Source: Flectonema sp. DT1601 (lineage: Eukaryota). Taken from it: a DNA stretch of 64,000 nt. The stretch spans positions 1,240,001 to 1,304,000 of the forward strand of contig OZ025792.1 in assembly GCA_964019425.1 (NCBI GenBank), in the 5' to 3' direction. A model generated the notes under the pieces. That model made no database searches. It worked only from the letters and a program-made list of their open reading frames with translations, and had not been told where the DNA came from. Each line of letters starts with the position of its first letter. Position 1 is the first letter of the stretch. This document shows positions 50,444 through 61,700 of this stretch, piece after piece. The translations under genes and the position numbers were made by a program.

Positions 50444-51144
50444 TGGTTGTTGTTGTTGTTGTTGTTTTTAAGATGAGAACTTTTGGTGGAGAAAATAATC
50501 GTAATAAATAGGGGGGACTACTTGATTGACCAACATGTTTGCATAACATAAATGCGAAGCCTATTATATTTTGTTAATAGTTCGGCAGTAATCCACCAAA
50601 CCAGAAAATATAACATCAGTAAATATTTAATAAAAAGAGAGGAATAAGAGCGGTTGTTGTTTGGAGTCTTTTTGAGGAGGAAATAGCTCCTTGCTCCAGT
50701 GCGCAAACATATAAAGAGCACTTGTACAAAGTACAAACACTAAAGGAATAATAACGACAAGATGATGAATTCTTCGTGTGAATAACTTTTCTCTTTTGCA
50801 AACACAAGCAATGACAGGGTACCAACCCGCGGGCGGTCGTCTCTTTCGAGACAGAGCTCAGCGGGGGGGCCCTTTAAATCGTGTGATATTTATTAGAAGA
50901 TACTTTATCAGCAATTCGCAACAGATCCCAGCAGTTCTGATATCCCTTAGTGGGACGTCAGTAAATCCACCGATGGGGTCCTTTTTTAATCGAAAGCGAA
51001 AAATTTCAAAGAATTGATATAAAAAATGCAAAGAAAAGCAATGCCAAGATTGCCAATAGATAGGAAGGAGTTAGAACAATGGAATAATAATAAAAAAAGG
51101 GAAACGTAATTAACTACTTCGAGATTAAGAAAAAAGATACGCAT

Positions 51145-52272
51145 CTACTTTCTCGAAGAGTGGGTGTAGCGTTCCGGAGTGGTGTACCCTTTGGAACCAT
51201 AGTTTGGAAGCCACCAGAATTCCTGGGCAGACAACGGGGATAACTCGTACCCGTTTTCGAAACGCTCAACTAAGTCGGGGTTTGCGATGAACGGCCTGCC
51301 AAACGCAATCATGTCGGCAACACCCGACGACACAGCCTCGTCGGCAGACTCTTTCGTGTAGCCACAGTTCCCCATCAACTTCGTCTTGCTTCCCTTCAAC
51401 ATAGCCTTCGCGTCTTTCAGCGTGTACGGTTCCCCCAGCTCGTGGAATCCAAACGAGAGCCCATCCAACACGCACACGTACCCGATGTTTTTCTCACCAA
51501 TTGCCTTGATCGTGTGGTTGAACTGCTCACGGAAGTCAGGAGATCCGACGTCGCCGAACACACCGTTCGGGGAAACTCGGATCCCGACCTGCTCCTTCGG
51601 GAACACCTCCGACACAGCGTCGATCACCTCCATCACAATCCGGGTGCTGTTTTCAAAAGATCCGCCGTACATGTCGGTACGCTTGTTAACCTTGCTCTGT
51701 AAGAATTGATCCAAAAGGTACCCGTTGGCACTGTGGAGTTCCACCCCGTCGAATCCCGCCGCCTTGGCCTTTGCGGCAGCGCGTGCGTAGTCCTTCACGG
51801 TTTCGGCGATCTCCTCAATTTCCAACGCCCGCGGTGTTTCGAACGCCTTCGATCCCTTTTGGGTGTGAGCTTCCCTTTCCTTGGCCATCGGAGTTGGCGA
51901 CGAACTGACCGGCGTCTGTCCATGGAAGTCACTGTGAGTCTGCCTTCCCATGTGCCACAACTGGCAGAACATCTTCCCGCCAGCCTCGTGAACCGAGTCG
52001 GTAACCTTCTTCCATCCCTCCACCTGGTCATCTGTGTAGATACCCGGCACGTCTACCCATCCCTCAGCGATGCGCGAAATGAGAGTCCCCTCCGTGATGA
52101 TGAGCCCCGCCTTCGCCCTCTGCGTGTAGTACTCGACGTTCAAGTCATTCGGAACCTTACCAACGTTGTTGGTACGGGCTCTCGTTAGTGGGGCCATCAC
52201 AACTCTGTTTTTGAATCCCATCTCTCCCACAACGAGCGGCGACAAGACTCCGGTAGTTCTGGTTGACGACAT
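51145..52272 (-). CDS. Old yellow enzyme family alkene reductase (NADH:flavin oxidoreductase), copy 1
   Basis: Motifs NRVVMAPLTRAR, EYYTQRA, QLWHMGR, catalytic ELHSANGYLLDQFL and FGRPFIANPDL; ATG at 52272. Confidence 0.95.
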   Translation of the reverse strand: MSSTRTTGVLSPLVVGEMGFKNRVVMAPLTRARTNNVGKVPNDLNVEYYTQRAKAGLIITEGTLISRIAEGWVDVPGIYTDDQVEGWKKVTDSVHEAGGKMFCQLWHMGRQTHSDFHGQTPVSSSPTPMAKEREAHTQKGSKAFETPRALEIEEIAETVKDYARAAAKAKAAGFDGVELHSANGYLLDQFLQSKVNKRTDMYGGSFENSTRIVMEVIDAVSEVFPKEQVGIRVSPNGVFGDVGSPDFREQFNHTIKAIGEKNIGYVCVLDGLSFGFHELGEPYTLKDAKAMLKGSKTKLMGNCGYTKESADEAVSSGVADMIAFGRPFIANPDLVERFENGYELSPLSAQEFWWLPNYGSKGYTTPERYTHSSRK

Positions 52273-53687
52273 CTTAATCGGTTGTTGTTTTTGGTTTCGG
52301 AAAGTCGAACTGTTGAGGAAGAAGTTAGAGGATGCTGAAAAGGAACAACACACGACACACACACATAAGACATACATTTCTTGTTAACCAGGGTCCATTT
52401 CACCACCCCCCTCCCCCTCCTGTCTAATTTAGATAGTATAACTTACTTGATAACTTATATTAAGGCTCAGTTGAATTTAAGAATCCAAGGCTTGAAAATA
52501 AACATTAACCGAAGTGACAAGAGTAGCAATCACGTCTTTTAATTAATTAATTAATTCATAAATCAAAAGGGAGGCAGAGTTGGAAAAAGGAAAAAGAAAA
52601 CAAGGAAATCATGTGTGAATCCCGCAAACAATAATTCCGAAATAAAGGAAACGTCGTTCAGCAGGAGTTTACGTTTTAGTCATCCGACAACATGGCTGTG
52701 GAAGTATTTCATAGATGCACGCCGTCATCAGTGCCGAATAATAAGAAAGCAAAATCAATAAAATAAAATAAATAAAAAAGAATCAATAAAAGTATTCACT
52801 ATTCTGGTCAGGTGGTAGCGGTGGTGCCGCTGCACATCTTTTTTCTTTTCTTTTGTGAAAACATGTACCTCCTCCTCCTTCTTTTTCAATAATGAAGAGG
52901 AGTTGACATATAATTACGACGTTTTTTTCTTCTTTTTTTTTTTTCCAATGCTTTTCAATTCAACCCTCATTTTTTGTTCGCAGATTTTGCAGATGAAAAA
53001 TGAGCATAGACACAAGTGGTATCCTCCTTGGTCTTGGGAGTTCTTGAAATCTGTTCAGCTCAACAATCAAACACAAAAAAAGAAAAACAAGAGGGCCATC
53101 ATGAAAAAAAAAAAAAAGGTTCTTATTCACTTACTCAATTCACATACCACTATAGTCTCCTTGGTCAATGGAGACGCAGTAATGGTTGGTTGGTTTTGCA
53201 TGACTTCACCACCAAAGCTCTTCTTTGGTTAAGAATTACTGGTGGTTGGTTAAACAGAGTTAGAGAGGAAAAAGGGGGCGGGGGAAGAGCGGAAGGTGAT
53301 TAAAAAAAAAAAGGGATGAAAAAAGGAAAAGAAACACGACAAGCAACGAAGCTTGTTCTCGTCAAAGCTCAAGACAAGATATATATGAAGGAAAAAGTCG
53401 CGTTTTCGTTTTGATTTGTTATCAGAAAGCGTACACAACGCAGAAGGCAATCCAGCCCATCCGCAACGGAACGTTACTTTTGGTAGTGTCGGATCCAAAC
53501 AAAAAGAGTAGTAATTCTCATGATATTAAATATAGGAAATAAAAAAGAGACGAAGTCATCACACAGGATGGAACAAAAAGTTAAATCCTCTTCGACGAAA
53601 AGCAAAGAATAAAAACAGCTTGTCGCTGTCATCCACAAAACAACAACTCACAACAACACACACATGTCCTTTTTTTTTTTCTTTCAT

Positions 53688-56015
53688 CTACGGAGCAGTC
53701 GAAACTTCTCCACGGAGAACCTTGGCAGCGCCAACCATGTTTTTCAAACTCGGGACAACCTCTTCCCATTTTCTGGTCTTCAAACCGCAATCCGGGTTCA
53801 CCCAGATACGATCCAGCGGCAGTCCACTCTGAGCCAACTTCCTCACCTGGTCAACCAGCTGCTCCTTCGTAGGGATCACCGGTGAGTGGATGTCGTACAC
53901 ACCAGGTCCGATATCGCGGTTGTATCCGAACCCTGACAGGGCATCGAGCATCTCGTTCCCGCTGCGCGAGTTCTCAATCGTCAGCACGTCGGCATCCATG
54001 TCGTCAATTTTGTCGATGATGTCCTCGAAAGTCGAATAGCACATGTGAGTTACAATCTGCGTACTCGGCTTCGCAACCGCCGTCGAAAGTCGGAACGCCT
54101 TCACCGCCCACGACATGTACTCCCCCGCTTCCTCGTCCTTCAGGGGCATCCTCTCACGGAGCGCCGCCTCGTCCACCTGAACCACCCGGCATCCAGCAGC
54201 CTCGAGGTCCGCCACCTCCTCCCGAATCGCCAAGGCCACCTCCAACGCCTGCTTCCATCGGGGAGTGTCCACCCGGCAGAACGACCAGTTCAGAATCGTC
54301 ACCGGACCCGTCAGCATCCCCTTCACCGGTTTGTCGCCGCTGGCTGCCTGCGCTACCTTGAATTCCCTCACCGTCATCGCTTCCCGACGAGACACCGTCC
54401 CGCAGATGATCGGAGGCCGCACGTAACGAGATCCATAGGACTGCACCCATCCGTGGTTCGTGAAAGCGAATCCCTCAAGTCGCTGTCCAAAGTGCTCAAC
54501 CATGTCGCTTCTTTCCGGCTCGCCGTGCACCAACACGTCCAGCCCGATCTCATTTTGGATTTCGATGTTCTTCTTCAGCTCCGCATCGATAACCGCCCGG
54601 TACGCCTCCTCACTCAGCTTCTTCTGCTTCCACGCCAGACGGCTGCGCCTCAGCTCCGGAGTTTGCGGGAACGATCCGATCGTCGTGGTCGGAAACAGAG
54701 GCATCGCCACTTGCTTCTCCCTCCTCGCTCCGAATTCCTCTGAACGCGAGAACATCTCCGCCGTCACCGTCACGTCTCCCACCTTCGTCGTCTTCGAAAT
54801 ATCATCCGCACCGGAAGCGTTGTCCTCTCCAACCCATTCGTAACGGCCATCCTCTTCGTCATTCGAAGAAGAAGAAGAAGAAGAAGAAGAAGCAGAAGCA
54901 GAGGCAGCGAGGGACACCAACACATCCAACTTCTGAACAGCAAAAGCGAGCTTCTCCCGAACGTTTCCAGGAAGATCCTTCTCGAGAGACAGGTCGTACG
55001 GAATGAACTGAAGAGAACACGAAGGAGACACCACAACACTATCGTCGCCAACCACTATCTTCCTGATGCGTCTCAGTAATTTCGCCGCGCTCTCAGAGCT
55101 CCTCCAAACATTGCGACCGTCCACGATCCCCGCACCCAACTGCTTCCCCGACGAAGTCGGGAACCCCTCCTTCTCGAGAATGCTCAGCATCGAGGAACCC
55201 CTACAGAAGTCGAGCGTCAACCTCTCAACCTCGAGGTTCTTGATGTACTTGTAAACCTCAACGTGTAACGAGTCAAAGTGAATGCAAAGGTTAACCGAAA
55301 CCCCAGACTTCTGCTTCGTAAGCGCCGACCCCTTTCCGTACAGATGTTCCGCAACTTCCTTCAGGTTCACCGCCTCCGACTTCACGAACCACGGCTCGTG
55401 GAATTGAACTTCTGGAACACCGGCTTCCCTCAGTTCCTTCAGCAGCTGTTCGTAACACGGCAACACTCTCTTCAGAAGCTCATCGAAAGACAACTCCCCA
55501 CACCTCTTGCACAGCTTGCAGAGCGTCAACGGACCGACCACAATCGGAACTGCCTTCCCCTTCCCGACCGTCTGCTGCGCCAGTTCCACCATTCCCATGA
55601 ACCCCTTGAAGTTTCCAACTGGGGATACATCCGCTGGAACCTCAGGTACCATGTAGTGGTAGTTCGAGTCGAAGTACTTCGTCATGTCGAGAGCAGGAAT
55701 CCCGTCCCTTCCCCTCGCTTGCGTGAAGTACGCGTCCAACCCGCTCAGTCCGGCGGCCTTCACGCGGGAGCACGTCAGACCGAACCGTTCAGACCAATCC
55801 AGAATGTGATCGTACAGCGTGTGGTCCCCAACTCCGATCAAGTCCACTCCCCTCGACAGCTGTTCCTCGTAACTCTTCACTGCAATCGAATTACTCGTTG
55901 ACACGAGTTCCTCAGCGCTGATTCCACCGTTCCAGTACTTCTCGAGGGCAGTTTTCATTTCTCTCTTCGGACCCGTGCGGGGAAACCCCAAAGTGCTGGT
56001 CTTCACAACGGTCAT
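53688..56015 (-). CDS. metE: Cobalamin-independent methionine synthase, copy 2
   Basis: Translation identical to copy 1. Confidence 0.97.
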   Translation of the reverse strand: MTVVKTSTLGFPRTGPKREMKTALEKYWNGGISAEELVSTSNSIAVKSYEEQLSRGVDLIGVGDHTLYDHILDWSERFGLTCSRVKAAGLSGLDAYFTQARGRDGIPALDMTKYFDSNYHYMVPEVPADVSPVGNFKGFMGMVELAQQTVGKGKAVPIVVGPLTLCKLCKRCGELSFDELLKRVLPCYEQLLKELREAGVPEVQFHEPWFVKSEAVNLKEVAEHLYGKGSALTKQKSGVSVNLCIHFDSLHVEVYKYIKNLEVERLTLDFCRGSSMLSILEKEGFPTSSGKQLGAGIVDGRNVWRSSESAAKLLRRIRKIVVGDDSVVVSPSCSLQFIPYDLSLEKDLPGNVREKLAFAVQKLDVLVSLAASASASSSSSSSSSNDEEDGRYEWVGEDNASGADDISKTTKVGDVTVTAEMFSRSEEFGARREKQVAMPLFPTTTIGSFPQTPELRRSRLAWKQKKLSEEAYRAVIDAELKKNIEIQNEIGLDVLVHGEPERSDMVEHFGQRLEGFAFTNHGWVQSYGSRYVRPPIICGTVSRREAMTVREFKVAQAASGDKPVKGMLTGPVTILNWSFCRVDTPRWKQALEVALAIREEVADLEAAGCRVVQVDEAALRERMPLKDEEAGEYMSWAVKAFRLSTAVAKPSTQIVTHMCYSTFEDIIDKIDDMDADVLTIENSRSGNEMLDALSGFGYNRDIGPGVYDIHSPVIPTKEQLVDQVRKLAQSGLPLDRIWVNPDCGLKTRKWEEVVPSLKNMVGAAKVLRGEVSTAP

Positions 56016-56716
56016 TGGTTGTTGTTGTTGTTGTTGTTTTTAAGATGAGAACTTTTGGTGGAGAAAATAATCGTAATAAATAGGGGGGACTACTTGATTG
56101 ACCAACATGTTTGCATAACATAAATGCGAAGCCTATTATATTTTGTTAATAGTTCGGCAGTAATCCACCAAACCAGAAAATATAACATCAGTAAATATTT
56201 AATAAAAAGAGAGGAATAAGAGCGGTTGTTGTTTGGAGTCTTTTTGAGGAGGAAATAGCTCCTTGCTCCAGTGCGCAAACATATAAAGAGCACTTGTACA
56301 AAGTACAAACACTAAAGGAATAATAACGACAAGATGATGAATTCTTCGTGTGAATAACTTTTCTCTTTTGCAAACACAAGCAATGACAGGGTACCAACCC
56401 GCGGGCGGTCGTCTCTTTCGAGACAGAGCTCAGCGGGGGGGCCCTTTAAATCGTGTGATATTTATTAGAAGATACTTTATCAGCAATTCGCAACAGATCC
56501 CAGCAGTTCTGATATCCCTTAGTGGGACGTCAGTAAATCCACCGATGGGGTCCTTTTTTAATCGAAAGCGAAAAATTTCAAAGAATTGATATAAAAAATG
56601 CAAAGAAAAGCAATGCCAAGATTGCCAATAGATAGGAAGGAGTTAGAACAATGGAATAATAATAAAAAAAGGGAAACGTAATTAACTACTTCGAGATTAA
56701 GAAAAAAGATACGCAT

Positions 56717-57844
56717 CTACTTTCTCGAAGAGTGGGTGTAGCGTTCCGGAGTGGTGTACCCTTTGGAACCATAGTTTGGAAGCCACCAGAATTCCTGGGC
56801 AGACAACGGGGATAACTCGTACCCGTTTTCGAAACGCTCAACTAAGTCGGGGTTTGCGATGAACGGCCTGCCAAACGCAATCATGTCGGCAACACCCGAC
56901 GACACAGCCTCGTCGGCAGACTCTTTCGTGTAGCCACAGTTCCCCATCAACTTCGTCTTGCTTCCCTTCAACATAGCCTTCGCGTCTTTCAGCGTGTACG
57001 GTTCCCCCAGCTCGTGGAATCCAAACGAGAGCCCATCCAACACGCACACGTACCCGATGTTTTTCTCACCAATTGCCTTGATCGTGTGGTTGAACTGCTC
57101 ACGGAAGTCAGGAGATCCGACGTCGCCGAACACACCGTTCGGGGAAACTCGGATCCCGACCTGCTCCTTCGGGAACACCTCCGACACAGCGTCGATCACC
57201 TCCATCACAATCCGGGTGCTGTTTTCAAAAGATCCGCCGTACATGTCGGTACGCTTGTTAACCTTGCTCTGTAAGAATTGATCCAAAAGGTACCCGTTGG
57301 CACTGTGGAGTTCCACCCCGTCGAATCCCGCCGCCTTGGCCTTTGCGGCAGCGCGTGCGTAGTCCTTCACGGTTTCGGCGATCTCCTCAATTTCCAACGC
57401 CCGCGGTGTTTCGAACGCCTTCGATCCCTTTTGGGTGTGAGCTTCCCTTTCCTTGGCCATCGGAGTTGGCGACGAACTGACCGGCGTCTGTCCATGGAAG
57501 TCACTGTGAGTCTGCCTTCCCATGTGCCACAACTGGCAGAACATCTTCCCGCCAGCCTCGTGAACCGAGTCGGTAACCTTCTTCCATCCCTCCACCTGGT
57601 CATCTGTGTAGATACCCGGCACGTCTACCCATCCCTCAGCGATGCGCGAAATGAGAGTCCCCTCCGTGATGATGAGCCCCGCCTTCGCCCTCTGCGTGTA
57701 GTACTCGACGTTCAAGTCATTCGGAACCTTACCAACGTTGTTGGTACGGGCTCTCGTTAGTGGGGCCATCACAACTCTGTTTTTGAATCCCATCTCTCCC
57801 ACAACGAGCGGCGACAAGACTCCGGTAGTTCTGGTTGACGACAT
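56717..57844 (-). CDS. Old yellow enzyme family alkene reductase, copy 2
   Basis: Translation from ATG 57844 is identical to copy 1. Confidence 0.95.
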   Translation of the reverse strand: MSSTRTTGVLSPLVVGEMGFKNRVVMAPLTRARTNNVGKVPNDLNVEYYTQRAKAGLIITEGTLISRIAEGWVDVPGIYTDDQVEGWKKVTDSVHEAGGKMFCQLWHMGRQTHSDFHGQTPVSSSPTPMAKEREAHTQKGSKAFETPRALEIEEIAETVKDYARAAAKAKAAGFDGVELHSANGYLLDQFLQSKVNKRTDMYGGSFENSTRIVMEVIDAVSEVFPKEQVGIRVSPNGVFGDVGSPDFREQFNHTIKAIGEKNIGYVCVLDGLSFGFHELGEPYTLKDAKAMLKGSKTKLMGNCGYTKESADEAVSSGVADMIAFGRPFIANPDLVERFENGYELSPLSAQEFWWLPNYGSKGYTTPERYTHSSRK

Positions 57845-58702
57845 CTTAATCGGTTGTTGTTTTTGGTTTCGGAAAGTCGAACTGTTGAGGAAGAAGTTAA
57901 TCCTTTCTGAGGATGCTGCTGAAAAGGAACAACACACAACACACAAGACACATACATCACTTGAAACAAGACAGACAAAAGGTGCACTTCATCCATCCAT
58001 CGGTCTAATAAACATCCTGTGATGAGATGAAATATAAAAACAAGAAACCTCAGGTGTCCTAAAACAGTAGAAATACTACACCATATACCCCATATAGGTT
58101 TTTAAATAAAGCGGGTTTAGCTTTTTCTTCTGTTGGTGATGAGCAACTAGGATGGATAACCAAAAACAATAACCAAATGCACAGCATCAATAAAGACGCT
58201 GGTGCAAGTGAAGGTGGGCAGAACAATACAGCACTCACAACACAATAGGACGAGGAAAAAGCCTTAATTCACTGTTGGGACTTTAAAATCAAAAGAATTA
58301 GCGCAAACGATAAAAACAATACGAACGGTGAGCTGTAGCTGTTGTCATCAAATCGCAGTATTGACAAAGTGACACCTAACTACGTGAGGGAAGCCCCAAC
58401 GGGAATTGTAGTTAAGCATAACGATGAGAGTTGTTACTAATATGATATTGGAGCGTAAAGAACCAATTTGTATCAAAGGGTTCTGTTCTGTGAGAATAAT
58501 AATTTCCGACAGTAAGAGTATATCAACCCATCGAGTGCCCATCATCGAGTGGTTAGTACATATCGCATCACGTAAGCACTCGATTGAGCTGTCTGCTGTA
58601 TTGCCATCAATAAAAAGCAGATATTTTATATGTTAAACAGATGTGCTAAAACAAAGGCAATAATCTGTTATTGTTGTTGTTGGTTGTTGTTGTTTGTCAC
58701 GG

Positions 58703-61700
58703 TCAATGAACAACAAAGAATAAGATACATACTAACACAACAACAGCAACCTTCGACACGGCTACCATCCTGCTATTGTCTGAAATGATATAGTTAAGTG
58801 TTTTGCTGATGGGAGAAGTTTCTTGTTGTTCTTCTTCCTCGGTATTCTTTTCTTTTTCAGAGTCAGAGTCAAGGAGACAAGAGCGGAATTCTGGTTGTTT
58901 TGATTGCCTTTTTGGTTTTTTGTTCTTCCCCGGTTTCTTCTTCTTCTTCTTTTTAGGAGCTTCAACTGGGGAGTCTTCTATCCCCGCATCAAGACCTGAT
59001 TCAGGTAACTCCGGTTCCGGTTCTGGTACGGGTTCTGGTTCCTCCTTCTTTGACTTTTTCGATTTCTTCTTCTTCGCTGCTTTCTTCACTGCCTCAGGTG
59101 GTTCTTCGTAATCGTCCTGCTCTTCTTCGATAGCAGCGAATACAGTTGGCTTACATTTATTAACTAAAGAAGTTACGTTATTTGTACTTTCAAATGATTT
59201 GAGAATCTCTTGGTGTTGCTTGCGGGTGCGCTCCTCGCGGCGTTTTCTGCGTTCTTCCTGCTCACGGAGTTTGGCTTCTTTCTCAAGACGCTTTTTTTCA
59301 ACGACAGCGGCAGCTTCGGCGGCTCTCTTGAGGACGACTTGTTCATCAGCAAACATCTTTACAAGGAGTCGTTCTTCATGGCGGAGTGCACTTACTGATT
59401 GTCCGAAGTCGTACTCAAATTGAATTCTTACTAAGTTTTCCTCTCGTTCACATCCTCCTACAGCTTCTTTTATTGCTCTCTCCTTTGCATCTCGCTCACG
59501 CTTCTCTGCCCTTTCTTTGGCTTCTTCTTCTCGGCGAATACCTGCAACTCTTTCTTGTTCTCGTACGGTTTCCATTCCCCCAAGTAGTTCCTTTCTGAAC
59601 TCATCGTACGCTTCGAGAAATTCCCCAAAGAACTCGTCCCTGGACTTAGTCTCTGAGTCGTTTATCGCTAAGCGAGCCTTGTCTTGTCTGCGGGATGCGT
59701 TTTCCAGTCTCTTTCTCTCCGCCTTTTCTTTCTTTGCCGATTCACGTAGTTGCGCTTGCAGACGTTCCTGTATTGTTTGATGTTACGATACAGAAACAAA
59801 ACCCTGAAACCATCGGACAACATTAATTAGTAACAACAATTATAAGAATAGATGTGTACATACATGAATTAGCTTCTTATTCGAGTCCACCTCCACCGGA
59901 GCAGATTTTTTCTTCGATGGCTTTGGTTTCGCTTTCTCTGTAGCTGGTTCCTTCTTACCAGAGATAGCAGGTGCAGTTGAGTCGGATGTCGTTTTCGCAG
60001 CTGGTTTCGGAGCCGGTTTAGAAGCTGCCTTAGCATAATTTAATGCTGCTGTCGGGGTTGGGGTTGGTGTTGGTGCGGATGCGGCCGATTTCTTTGACTT
60101 CGGCGCTGGTTTAGGTGCGGACTTTTCAATCGATTCGCCCACAAACTTTGGACTACTTCCATCAGGTAAACTAAACTTAACAGTCAAGTTAGCGTTTGTG
60201 TGACCAGATGCTGCTATCGCTGATACGATTGGACCTTCAGGTTGCTTTTCTCCTTCAGGTTCTCTCGGAGTATCACCTCGTTCCTTAGCACGCTCGATAG
60301 CTTGACGCTGTCGTCTTTCTTTCTCTTTTGCTTTCTTCTTAGCCTTCTTCGCAGCAACTTGTTCTTCCTTTCGCTCTAAAATTGCCTTCTGAGTCTGAGA
60401 AACGATAGTGCGCAACGCCATACTCGCCTGCTTCTTTCTCGTAATTTCTTTCTCGGCTTCCTGACGACGTTCCTGTTCGACTCTTTGTTTTGCTTGTAAT
60501 TCGGCAAATCGTTTTGCAGTAAGCAGGTCACAGCAGGTGTCACGAACACGATTTGCATCGTTGTAGTAGGTAGTGGTAGCAGTTTGGACTTCTTTAAGTA
60601 GCGAGTTAGCGAAATCCAGAGTCGGGCTGAGACAATCATCGAGCTTTCTCTGATAAATAGAAATCTCTTCAACTGCTGATTGCGTGTAACAATCTTCATC
60701 ATCTGCCCAACTTTGTGACGTTTCCAATACAGTCTCTTCATCCTTCGCTTCAAGCTCTTTTTGTTGTTGTTTAAATTTATCGAACTGCTGAGCAATCTTC
60801 GCCAATTTGCGAATTCCCGCTACAATCTGATCAATGACTGCTTGCGTTTCCAGTTTTTTCACCTCCGCTTCTGCGCGCTTTTTCCTGATTTCCTCCTTCC
60901 TGGCTCTTTCGTCTTCGACCGAAACCAATGCGGTTCCGAATGGTCGCTCTGGGAATGCTGAGTACTGTTTGGTGTGCATAGCTGCCCGTGGAGGAGGATC
61001 GTTGGCTGGGGCAGTAGAAGTAGTGGTAGCAGCAGGGCCGTCGGGTTTGATTGGCTTTGAAGGAGGAGTTACATCTGCAGTTCCAAACGTGATTCTTGTT
61101 GGGGCGTCACTGAGGGAGGCTGCATGTGTTCTTTTAGGCTTGAAGATACCATCATCAGTCTTAACAAAGTTCTCTCTACCATGTGATTGATAAGTAAATT
61201 GAGGAATTGTTGTAAAGTCTTCTTGTTCTAATATGGAAGTTATTTGTTTGTCAAATACATTCTTGTCGAAGACTACTTCAGGTTCACACGGATCAGCAGC
61301 AATGTATCCACCATCAAGCCACATCTCAACAGTCATATTATCAGTTAGACAGACACCAATTACACTACTAGCATGATTATCACTAATAAGTCTTCCTGTT
61401 ACTACTGCTAAGACGAGACTATACCACAGAGAGAGGTCATCAGTTTTTGAGTGGGCGACCCATTTACCTCCAATCTTGCTGTACTTGTCTGTTTCCATTG
61501 GCTTTGCTTTTTTTCTAAACATACCAATTCTAATACCTGGAGGTGGTATCATCATAGCATCCACTGCTCCCCATAAAGCTTTAAATCCAGGAACAGTTGA
61601 AAACTCTCCTAAGTCAACACACATTCCATCTAATTCATTGCGAAGCCAAAAATTCCATACAAATTCTAATTCAGTTCCCGCTTGACTACCACAATTCGAT

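Larger units (their letters stand above)
46818..57900. repeat. Near-identical head-to-tail tandem duplication, unit about 5572 bp (46818-52390 and 52391-~57900)
   Basis: Identical protein translations at a 5572-nt offset. Intergenic DNA differs only by rare changes (e.g. agagtttagag vs agagttagag) except at the junction. Confidence 0.97.

Noticed and set aside
50444..51144. Canonical cobalamin, SAM or TPP riboswitch upstream of metE
   Set aside because: Conserved core sequences were not found by eye on either strand; only the unassigned hairpins reported above.
847..61685. Plus-strand and alternate-frame ORFs overlapping the real genes (e.g. 29637-30119, 48473-49171, 49706-50329, 51706-52188)
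   Set aside because: Shadow ORFs of genuine CDSs, more frequent in the GC-rich genes, with no motifs.
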